Shown here: positions 18,597-26,783 of the stretch, piece by piece | Layout of the letters: each line of letters starts with the position of its first letter | Numbering within the stretch: position 1 is the stretch's first letter | Origin: Mangrovibacterium sp. | GTDB taxonomy: Bacteria > Bacteroidota > Bacteroidia > Bacteroidales > Prolixibacteraceae | Reading direction: 5' to 3' | Assembly: GCA_047972415.1 (NCBI GenBank) | Contig: JBKEAN010000056.1 | Coordinates: 9,111-73,110 of the forward strand | Length of the DNA stretch: 64,000 bases | Made by a program: the position numbers and the translations under genes | Notes under the pieces: model-generated | What the model was told of the DNA's origin: nothing | Database searches by the model: none | The model's input: only the letters and a program-made list of their open reading frames with translations

Positions 18597-19802
18597 TTAC
18601 TTTGCTTGATAGGCCATTAATGCACTGCCATGGCGAACAAACAAGAGTCCTTTGTATAAAACAGGGTGTGCCCAATGCTGCTCAGTGCCTAGCGTTATAT
18701 TGAATTTGCTAACCACATCAAATTTCTCGGGTGTTGCGTGTGCCAATAACAGTTCGCCACGGTCGGTGTAGCAATAAAGCATCTCTTCATTGGCAATAAT
18801 ATTGCCCATGGCATAGCCGTTTTGCTTGAATTTTATTTCACCTGTCTGCCAGTCGGCACAAAACCAGTACCGGTTGTTGTCACCTGATCCATAAGCATAA
18901 TCACCTACTTTAACCATGGCCCCCATGCGGTTATCAAGTTCTTTCGATTCCCATACCTGTTCAGCACCCCGTCCGCCGTTCGTCAACCGGAGCATGACCG
19001 ATCCGCCGCCGTAGCCACTGGTACAAAGCAACATCCCTTTCGAGTAAACAGGAGTGTTCGGGTGTACCGACCACCGGTTTATCTTTTCAAATGACCATAG
19101 TTTTTTTCCCGTTTTTGCATCCACACCAATCACGTGTTTAGCCGTCATGGTTACAACTTGTGGTATTTCCAAATCGCTGATATATAGTGGCGAGCAGTAA
19201 GCAGAAAGTTCGCCTTCACCCGGCGAAGACCAAATCAAATCTCCGGTGTTCTTGTTCAAGGCAATAATGTTATTGGTAGATCCTCCGGGGGTACAAATTA
19301 CTTTATCATCAATAACCAACGGGGCTTCATTTATTCCCCAAGTAATATTTTCGGCCCCAAATTCTTTTAAAAATTCTTTTTTCCAAATCAAGTCCAGGCC
19401 ATTCTGATTGAAGCAATAAAGAACGCCCAATCCTGATGTCAGGTAAATTTTGGAATCGTTGACGGTTACTGTACCGCGCGGACCATTGTAGCTGGCGTTC
19501 CATTCCTGTCCGTATTCTTTTTTCTGAAGCAGTTTTCCGTTAAGGTCAAAAACATAGAGATAACCTTTGCCGTCCGTTAAACCGGTCACGTAAAGTTTAT
19601 CCGAATCGATGGCAACAGAGGAGTGCCCTTCGCCTAAATCGTCAAAATGCCACTTCAGGGTTGGCCCATTTTCCGGCCATTGTTTCAGCAAACTCTGCTC
19701 CCTGTAAATGCCCGAACGGTCGGTACCCCTCCACTGAATATTGGTTTGTGCGCTAATAAACAGCGGAAAGAGGAGCAGAAATGGAATAAAAATGTGCTTC
19801 AT
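18597..19802 (-). CDS. PQQ-like beta-propeller protein, secreted (paralog of 429..1706)
   Basis: Signal peptide; QWRGTDRSG; LLKQWPENGP and HWAHPV...RHGSALMAY closely match 429..1706. Confidence 0.85.
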   Translation of the reverse strand: MKHIFIPFLLLFPLFISAQTNIQWRGTDRSGIYREQSLLKQWPENGPTLKWHFDDLGEGHSSVAIDSDKLYVTGLTDGKGYLYVFDLNGKLLQKKEYGQEWNASYNGPRGTVTVNDSKIYLTSGLGVLYCFNQNGLDLIWKKEFLKEFGAENITWGINEAPLVIDDKVICTPGGSTNNIIALNKNTGDLIWSSPGEGELSAYCSPLYISDLEIPQVVTMTAKHVIGVDAKTGKKLWSFEKINRWSVHPNTPVYSKGMLLCTSGYGGGSVMLRLTNGGRGAEQVWESKELDNRMGAMVKVGDYAYGSGDNNRYWFCADWQTGEIKFKQNGYAMGNIIANEEMLYCYTDRGELLLAHATPEKFDVVSKFNITLGTEQHWAHPVLYKGLLFVRHGSALMAYQAK

Positions 19803-21528
19803 AGTTTCTATTTTTGATTTTTTTTAAAGTGTTCAGCGTAAACGTTATGTTGTACATTTCTTCGGAATACCAAAGACGTGAAAAGTAAAGGCCAATGGGT
19901 TCGGCGTTAAAAAGTTCGCCCGAGCTGTATTTTTTGTGAAGAAAAGCGAGTCCCTGCACAATGTTGTCCCTGTTAAGCGAACGGCTTGAAACCAGCGCAC
20001 CCAACGCTTTTGCTGTCATTGTCACCTTCGATGGAACGGAAGAGGCTCCACCCCAGCCGCCATCGGGATTCTGAGCCGACAGGAGGTAGGCTGTTCCTTT
20101 CGATACAGTTATTGTCGCAACCGGGTTATTAATACCGGCCAGGTATTCCACTGCAACAGCGGTCCCGTAAACAGGTGCCTTTTCGTCAGCCGAGTTTTGG
20201 TCGCCAAACCACAGGGGGTCCCACGAGCCATTTTCCGACTGCGTTTGTTGCATCCAGGCCAGCATACGGCGCGAACTTGAGGTACACCTTCGCTTTAAGT
20301 TGGGGGGAAGCACATCTAACCACAATTGAAATGCCAGAAGGCTTTGTGCTGTAATGTCGGGGCTACTCCTGTCAAACGGAAGTTTTCCCCATCCTTTGCA
20401 AAACGTTGGAATACCGCCATCGGCATTTTGCAAATCAAGCAGCCAGGCAATACCGGTTTCAACTTCATGGCACAATTCGCCCTTCAGTAAAATATGAAGT
20501 GATACCAGGCTGGCAGCGGTATCGTCGGCATCGGGCACAGCTCCGGCGAGATTTGTCCACGCCCAGCCTCCCGGCTTGGCCCCGGTGAATGGGTGCTTGT
20601 AGGCAAAGGCCAATCGTTTAATCGTCTCAGCAAGTGCAGGTTTATCTGTTATATCGTCGTTTAAAGCACGGATACTGAGTGCTGTAACCCACGAATCAAG
20701 GTTGGTATCAATTGGCCACGAGCCATCGTCCCTGACCGTATTAACCAGGAAGTCAATTCCGCGTTGTGCTGAGGGATGGTTCCGGTAACCCGCGCCACAT
20801 AAACACATGGCAACAAATGCCGTTAGGGGTGCAGCTTCCAGGAAACCGCCATTTTCGGGTTGAAGTTTTTCAAGCACACGAAGCGATTTTTCGATAAACC
20901 CATTGCGGATGGGCGACAAAATGTTCTTCTGTCCCATTTTGTACCGAAGAATCCCGACAGCGATTAGTGCCGGAATAGCATAACTGACAACTGGCAGACG
21001 CAGAAAACGAAAAACGTTTTGCGGAAGTACCGACAACTCGAACGGAAGTTGCGGGATGCTATCCCAGGTATGGATTAGCCCCGACAAGGCACACATGACC
21101 AGTATTGGTGCAGAGAAAGTTAAATCTTTTCCGTAGTAGTTGAGAACCCCGCTGATTATATGCGGATCGCTGGTTCCTCCGAATGTTTTCGCGAGGTAGC
21201 CAGTGGTTTTTTCAGAGGGGCGGCCACTTGCATGAAGGCTTGCATAACACAGCAGGGTTGCCGTCATATTCGGAGGGCTCTCGGGGCTATCGCCCCAGGT
21301 TCCGTCGGCCAACATGGTTTGAAACAGCCACTGTTGCCCAAGCTCAATGTGTACTTTGTACTTTACAGGATCGGCCAAATAAAGTGCAAAAACAGAAACC
21401 GCCGTAGAGATTGCACTCGACGAAAGCCTGCTTTCCCAGGTGCGGGTGGCCGGGTTCTTTTTTGCAGCCAGTTTAACCTGCAAAGCGGTTATCATTTCAT
21501 CTATTTGTTGCTCCTGTACCGTTTTCAT
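19753..21528 (-). CDS. Squalene-hopene cyclase-like class II terpene cyclase
   Basis: Catalytic VPDADDTA (DxDDTA) motif; QW-type repeats (QPENGGF, QNADGG, QSENGSW, QNPDGGWGG). Start placed at MKTVQ (21528). Confidence 0.85.
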   Translation of the reverse strand: MKTVQEQQIDEMITALQVKLAAKKNPATRTWESRLSSSAISTAVSVFALYLADPVKYKVHIELGQQWLFQTMLADGTWGDSPESPPNMTATLLCYASLHASGRPSEKTTGYLAKTFGGTSDPHIISGVLNYYGKDLTFSAPILVMCALSGLIHTWDSIPQLPFELSVLPQNVFRFLRLPVVSYAIPALIAVGILRYKMGQKNILSPIRNGFIEKSLRVLEKLQPENGGFLEAAPLTAFVAMCLCGAGYRNHPSAQRGIDFLVNTVRDDGSWPIDTNLDSWVTALSIRALNDDITDKPALAETIKRLAFAYKHPFTGAKPGGWAWTNLAGAVPDADDTAASLVSLHILLKGELCHEVETGIAWLLDLQNADGGIPTFCKGWGKLPFDRSSPDITAQSLLAFQLWLDVLPPNLKRRCTSSSRRMLAWMQQTQSENGSWDPLWFGDQNSADEKAPVYGTAVAVEYLAGINNPVATITVSKGTAYLLSAQNPDGGWGGASSVPSKVTMTAKALGALVSSRSLNRDNIVQGLAFLHKKYSSGELFNAEPIGLYFSRLWYSEEMYNITFTLNTLKKIKNRNYEAHFYSISAPLSAVY

Positions 21529-21544
21529 TCGATTCTGATTCTGA

Positions 21545-22420
21545 TTAAACGAGGGTGCCCAGTGCAAGCAAACCGTAAAACGTATATTCCACGTCGCTGC
21601 TTTCGTCAACGAGCGTTGGGCAAAAACCGCCCGAAGGCAACCAATGCGCTTCTAAAAAGTCAGCTGGGTTAAACTTTGGTTTCCCCTTGTAGCACTCCAG
21701 CATAAAAAGTGCTGTTGCTGTTGATAGCAAATCGGGGACCGGAGTTGCTCCGGCAGCGCAAAAACCACCGCTGGGTTGTTGCAATTCCTTCAGAAAAACG
21801 ACATCCTGGTTGGTTTTGTACCCTCCGAGTTGTCCGCGAACAGCTAAAGCTGCCACGGTGGCATTGGTTGTTGCACCAAGGCCTTCGGGCATATTTCGGT
21901 ACCCACCCGATTCCAACCGGTATTCATTCAACTTAGCGATACGTTCTTTTTTATCTGTAAGCTTATGGCCGGTATCTTCCAGTAACGAAACCCAAATAAA
22001 CTGCGAATAGGGTGAATCCGGATCGTTGTGCGGAATCGCAGCAAAATCGCGGATAGCCTTTATTTTTTTGGGTTTGAATGAGCTAATTCCGGTTAGAAGC
22101 TCCCCGTACTTCGAAAGGTAAGCCAGCACCTTGCAACGTTGGTAAGCGGCGTAATGAATAAGATCGAGACCGTCGGCATCAATTCCGTCGAGGTAAGTTC
22201 TCATTCGCTCCGGGTTTAGTTTAATTTTTAAAACGTAGCACAGCATCCATCCAAATGCGGTATAGTAAAGGTCGGGCATTCCTCCCCTGTTGGCGAAAAC
22301 ACTCTTCGCGTTTATTTGCGATTGGACATAGTTTTTCACTTGCAGCATGGCCTCGTCCGAAAGGCTTCCGACTCCCTTTTTCAGTGTATTCAGCAATCGT
22401 ATGGAAATAGGCTTTGTCAT
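21545..22420 (-). CDS. Prenyltransferase/squalene oxidase repeat protein (single alpha-barrel)
   Basis: Repeats of GG(F/Y)...D-x-x-x-T (DLYYT, QPSGGF...DLLST, SGGF...DVEYTFYGLLAL); no DxDD. Confidence 0.75.
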   Translation of the reverse strand: MTKPISIRLLNTLKKGVGSLSDEAMLQVKNYVQSQINAKSVFANRGGMPDLYYTAFGWMLCYVLKIKLNPERMRTYLDGIDADGLDLIHYAAYQRCKVLAYLSKYGELLTGISSFKPKKIKAIRDFAAIPHNDPDSPYSQFIWVSLLEDTGHKLTDKKERIAKLNEYRLESGGYRNMPEGLGATTNATVAALAVRGQLGGYKTNQDVVFLKELQQPSGGFCAAGATPVPDLLSTATALFMLECYKGKPKFNPADFLEAHWLPSGGFCPTLVDESSDVEYTFYGLLALGTLV

Positions 22421-22422
22421 AC

Positions 22423-23982
22423 TTACTTCAATATTTTTTTGCTTACCCGGAACAGGAGCCGTTTAAGTTCAATATTTTGAATGTCCTCCAGTGCAAGAAG
22501 GGCTTCACGGCGGTATTGTTCAACCATTTGCTGCACCAGTTGAATTGCTTTTTCCAATATTTTTTTGTTGTCATTACTGTTCAGAAAGGCTTTCAGGTCG
22601 GTAGTAAAAAGTACCGAATGAATAAAAGCGGTTTCTGGTTTTAGTTGAAACATGGTGGCAAGAACGGCCGACGGGCGAATGCTCAACGGCGCGTCGGTTT
22701 CGAAGTCCTCAATATCGTCCTGTAACTGATAAGCAATGCCCAAAGCTTTGGAGTAGCTATTGAGTTGCTTGCGCAGGCGTAGGTCGTTGCCGGCATAAAT
22801 CGCGCCTATCATCAGCGATGCATCAAACGCGGGAACGGTTTTGTTGCAGAAAATGTCCAAAACAAAATCCATATCGAATTTTTCGGGCCGGTTGCTCCAT
22901 GCGAGTTCCATGCCTTGCCCTTTACAAAGCGCAATGTGGGCATCGCTGGCAACTTTCAGTGCCTCGGTATTTTCGCATTGCGCCAACAGGCGGTAGCCTT
23001 CTCCCAAATACATATCGCCTACATTAATGGCCATTGGTATGCCATGACGTGCATTCACGGTTTCCTTTCCGTAGCGGATGTCATCTTCGTCCTCAATGTC
23101 GTCGTGCACCAATGATGCTTTGTGAAAACACTCAATGGCGATAGCTGCCAATTGAATTTCTTTCGGGATCGCTGTTTTTCCGGTGAGCGCGAGATAGCTT
23201 GCAGCCAGTAGATATGGGCGCCAGCGCTTTCCGTCGTTTGCCAGCCATTCGCGGACAATAAGCGAAGTGGGATCGACCAGCGGTGACAGTACATTTTCTA
23301 TATTCTCGGGTGAGAACCATTGTTGGATAGTGTGTTTGAGCCGGTCGTAATCCAGCATATTGCTTTTTTCTTCGGAACGAAGGTTCATCAGCTGATTCAC
23401 ATAAGCCATATCTGCGGTCGTGTCCTGACATCCGTCGCCATTAAGTGGGATGGCCAAACCCGGAACCGCATGGTTAATCAGGAGCGGAAAAGCTTTTTCC
23501 AGCGAGTGCAAACAGCTCACCCCAATTACCGTATCAACTACTTTATTTTCAATCAGGCTGATAACCGACGTAAAACCCTCGGCAACCAAGCTCATCATCC
23601 CCAGGCTTTCAGCTTTTTCCTGCAACTCTGGTATTGTGCAGTTGGAACAAAGGTTGCATAACAAGCCCAGCTCGTCAACATCGGCTTTACATTTCGTTGC
23701 ATTGCTCAGGCATTTGGGCAACAGCAGAATCCGCTTTTCAAAAGGAATGGCAGCAACGGTATCGCGCCATGCCCGGTTGTTCAATTCAACCATAACCCAG
23801 CCTTTCATTGCCCGATCCAATTCATGTACCTGACAAAGCTGGTCAGCCATTTCCTGTAACTGAACCATACTTAAAGGTGGATTAAGTTGTTTTTCTGCAG
23901 CAAATACATCAATTGATTTTCGCAGCCTGGTCCGTTGAGCCAAGGTCTCCGGAACCTTATATTTCAGTGTTGTACTTGTCAT
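22423..23982 (-). CDS. Polyprenyl diphosphate synthase fused to N-terminal Cys-rich DUF116-like domain
   Basis: GKRWRP, FARM LVHDDIED, GQ, KT, SARM YQLQDDIED; N-terminal LLPKCL...CNLCSNC...GVSC...GCQDT. Start placed at MTSTT (23982). Confidence 0.87.
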   Translation of the reverse strand: MTSTTLKYKVPETLAQRTRLRKSIDVFAAEKQLNPPLSMVQLQEMADQLCQVHELDRAMKGWVMVELNNRAWRDTVAAIPFEKRILLLPKCLSNATKCKADVDELGLLCNLCSNCTIPELQEKAESLGMMSLVAEGFTSVISLIENKVVDTVIGVSCLHSLEKAFPLLINHAVPGLAIPLNGDGCQDTTADMAYVNQLMNLRSEEKSNMLDYDRLKHTIQQWFSPENIENVLSPLVDPTSLIVREWLANDGKRWRPYLLAASYLALTGKTAIPKEIQLAAIAIECFHKASLVHDDIEDEDDIRYGKETVNARHGIPMAINVGDMYLGEGYRLLAQCENTEALKVASDAHIALCKGQGMELAWSNRPEKFDMDFVLDIFCNKTVPAFDASLMIGAIYAGNDLRLRKQLNSYSKALGIAYQLQDDIEDFETDAPLSIRPSAVLATMFQLKPETAFIHSVLFTTDLKAFLNSNDNKKILEKAIQLVQQMVEQYRREALLALEDIQNIELKRLLFRVSKKILK

Positions 23983-23992
23983 ATCACATCGA

Positions 23993-25210
23993 TTATCCGT
24001 ATGCACCAAATCCGAAGAAATATTTCTTTTTCATTATCCGGTAAAGCGGGTTTTCTTCCGGTATTTCCTGTCCCTCCAGGTTATGTCCGGCAACGGGTTG
24101 CATTTTTAAATATTCCTGCAAAACAGTTTGCCTCGAGCTTGTATCTTTTGCCTTGTATTTCTCTAAAAATTGAACCAACCTTTCCGGATCTTCCATGATG
24201 ATACAACCACGTGAATTTGCAGCTGTCATTTTTCGGAACTGGGCGAGGAAGTCTGATTGTTTGAAAATATCGACCAAATTAGAAGCTTCCCCGTCAATAA
24301 TTTCCCTGGCCAGTTGGATGGGCGGACAAAACTCGACGGCACCGCTTGGCGCTATGTGATGGCTCATGCCCGTTGCCGCCGGGCAAATGGCGTTGCCTTT
24401 GTCGTCCCAGTAAGTATCGATAAGCAACAAAGGCGCATTTTTTCGTTGTTCTACAATAAAACGACGTAAGGCCAAAATCTCGGTTTCATCAAGCGCATTT
24501 GCAGGGTTCGGGTTCGGACCAACCGGACGGTAAATGTAATACCAAAAGTAATGAACGCCTTCATTTGCCAATCGTTCAAGGTGTTCCCGATTCACCAGAT
24601 CCTGAAAATTACTTTTACAAATGCTGGCTGCTGCACCGATTATCAGCTTCGCCTTTTTACATGCCCGCACGCCAGCCAGTGTTTTTTCGAACACATCGTT
24701 GCGTCCACGGCGGGAGTCGCTTTCGTTTTTTAAACCTTCTATGCTGATTAGCGGTGTAACATTGCCCATTTTCTTAAATTGCATGGCCAGGCTTTCGGTA
24801 ATCAGTGTGCCATTGGTAAAAAGCTGAAAGTAGCAGTCCGAATGCTTCACCATAATTTCGAGAAGGCCTTTGTAAAGAAGCGGTTCGCCTCCCAAAATGC
24901 CGAAAAAGTAGGATCCTTTACTTTTGCCCTGCGATATAATCCCGTCTATTTGCTGCGGACTTAACATTTGTTTTCCGCTTGTTGTTACCCAACAGCCGCT
25001 GCACGACAGGTTACAGCTTTCGTTAACGGAGATCATGATGAAAGCTGGAAAAAAGTCTTCACCGCGAGCCTGCCTTTTTTCGAAGCGGTTAATATTTTTA
25101 AGGTTACGCCAGCCAAAATTGTACATGAACTTCCAGACTACCTTTGGAGAGCATTCTACCGGAACACGAAGTGCAGCCGTTGCCGTTGCCGTATAATCTT
25201 TCAGCTTCAT
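23993..25210 (-). CDS. Radical SAM protein with C-terminal SPASM/twitch-like Cys region
   Basis: CNLSCSGC (CxxxCxxC), GGEP, FTNG; C-terminal CPAA...FCP...GC. Confidence 0.92.
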   Translation of the reverse strand: MKLKDYTATATAALRVPVECSPKVVWKFMYNFGWRNLKNINRFEKRQARGEDFFPAFIMISVNESCNLSCSGCWVTTSGKQMLSPQQIDGIISQGKSKGSYFFGILGGEPLLYKGLLEIMVKHSDCYFQLFTNGTLITESLAMQFKKMGNVTPLISIEGLKNESDSRRGRNDVFEKTLAGVRACKKAKLIIGAAASICKSNFQDLVNREHLERLANEGVHYFWYYIYRPVGPNPNPANALDETEILALRRFIVEQRKNAPLLLIDTYWDDKGNAICPAATGMSHHIAPSGAVEFCPPIQLAREIIDGEASNLVDIFKQSDFLAQFRKMTAANSRGCIIMEDPERLVQFLEKYKAKDTSSRQTVLQEYLKMQPVAGHNLEGQEIPEENPLYRIMKKKYFFGFGAYG

Positions 25211-25944
25211 TTAGTTGTAGTTTTTAGCAACGAAATCCCCTCGCGCCGTTGGCGAAGCCTGTATCGTAAGCGTTCCTGGTACATTTTGTCCAGCGACTCG
25301 GGGTCAAACTCTTCTTCATCGGTTGTTCCCCCGTTAATAGGAGATTTGGCATATTTCGGAAAAATAATCGCCTTACTTGGACATACACGCGCACAAGCCG
25401 GACAGTTGTTTTTGCAGTTTTGAGGTTGAACTACTTTTACCTCTTTGTTCTCAAGCGTATATACACCGAACAAACAAAAATCGTGGCACTTGCCGCAGTT
25501 CGTGCATCTGCTTTTGTCCAGCAGCGGGTACCAGGCATCGGCTCCGGGCGATGCGGGCAGCGCGTTTATTTCTTCATTTACGGCTTGGGGTGTTTCACTT
25601 TCGTTTGTTGCTGAAGGGCAAAGATTGAATTGAGCAAGCACAGCAGAAAGGTCGTTATTCCGGATATCACCTATATTTTCCGCCTTCAATCCAAGCCAAT
25701 CCATTTGCGACTGAATGGTCCTGGGGTAGCAGGCCAAAATGTTTGTATTCGCTATTCCAGCCAGTTCAGGCGATTGGGTCATAACCATTTCGCATAAATC
25801 GCCGACAATATTTACATGATAGTCGTTCTTGCGGAACTCCGCAGCCAGCAAGGCGACATGCCTTTTGTCGATAAAAGAACGGGATATACACGCACAAATA
25901 GTTACTTCCTTATTTCGCATCTTTTTATCTTTTATTGTGGGCAT
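25207..25944 (-). CDS. Ferredoxin-family protein (N-terminal Cys domain plus 2x[4Fe-4S])
   Basis: CAC...DLC...ACYPR, then CTNCGKCHDFC and CKNNCPACARVCP. The real start may be Met at 25920. Confidence 0.82.
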   Translation of the reverse strand: MPTIKDKKMRNKEVTICACISRSFIDKRHVALLAAEFRKNDYHVNIVGDLCEMVMTQSPELAGIANTNILACYPRTIQSQMDWLGLKAENIGDIRNNDLSAVLAQFNLCPSATNESETPQAVNEEINALPASPGADAWYPLLDKSRCTNCGKCHDFCLFGVYTLENKEVKVVQPQNCKNNCPACARVCPSKAIIFPKYAKSPINGGTTDEEEFDPESLDKMYQERLRYRLRQRREGISLLKTTTK

Positions 25945-25963
25945 ATGGTAAATATAGATTTTG

Positions 25964-25982
25964 TTTGTGATAGATTCACAAA
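25964..25982. promoter_or_regulatory. Perfect inverted repeat, candidate operator upstream of the cluster
   Basis: TTTGTGA-TAGAT-TCACAAA, 20-38 bp upstream of the first gene. Confidence 0.5.
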
Positions 25983-26267
25983 TCCCTACTCAAAAAGGAA
26001 AAAAACGGGGTCGATAACGAATGTAATTGCACTGAACGAGTGAGCTATCGGGCAGCGAGGTGACCCAAAACGAACTCAGGTCAATTATTAGGTAATCGCT
26101 ACTCGTTCGATACCAATTTCCAATGTTCAATACGAGGTGAATGAAAAGCGAGTAATTCAAAAATTACCGTTTCCGAAAAGAATTATTATCATCGGAAATT
26201 AGACAATTATCGAACTACCCAGATAAATTCGTTTTTCGAGCCAATCCCCAAACTGCCCGGGTTTTAG

Positions 26268-26315
26268 AAAAACAAAAAAGCGGAAATTTTACCAATTTTG
26301 ATAAAACTTCCGCTT
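26268..26315 (-). terminator. Intrinsic terminator-like hairpin
   Basis: Minus strand AAGCGGAAGTTTTA...TAAAATTTCCGCTT followed by a T-tract. Confidence 0.65.
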
Positions 26316-26329
26316 GGGTGAACCCTACG

Positions 26330-26482
26330 GTGCAATAGCATCCATTGGCTATCGGCAAGGTTGGTCTGATAGTGTTTCATGTGTTTTTAATGACCTGGAA
26401 ACCATTAAGACAGCAGAATAAATCGACTAACAAACTAATAAAAAGTGCTTTGATTGCAAATATTATAAATCTAAACAGCCTC
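26330..26482 (-). mobile_element. IS5-family remnant (left end plus first ~16 transposase codons)
   Basis: Minus strand (TA)GAGGCTGTTTAG end at 26482. ATG at 26380 reads MKHYQTNLADSQWMLL, resembling the Y-x-T-(D/N)-L-x-D-x-Q-W N-terminus of IS5/IS1031-group transposases; similarity stops after that. Confidence 0.6.
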
Positions 26483-26783
26483 TAAGTAAAAGCTTAAAGA
26501 GTTTCATTCTCTGATAAGTTAGAATTTATACACAAGATGCTGTATATCCGCTTTTAGTTGCTTTACGATATCATCACGCAACCAAACTACAAACAAGGCA
26601 TCCTATAATTAGTACTAAACAAAACACATATCAATCATGAAAAAAATCTTCTTATTACTAAGTGTTAGTATAATCCTGAAAATTTAACAGATGTTTATAT
26701 AGGTGATTATCCAAAGCTTGAATCGGCACACTCAATACAGGTAGCAAGGCCAATAAATGTAGGAATCGATTAAAATAGAACAA

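Noticed and set aside
429..19802. PQQ-dependent alcohol dehydrogenases or true bamB
   Set aside because: Only generic propeller repeats are visible, most copies are shorter than quinoprotein dehydrogenases, and there is no pqq or bam context.
26314..26332. Complete tRNA gene
   Set aside because: Only a possible 3' fragment; there is no D arm, anticodon arm or TTCG loop upstream.
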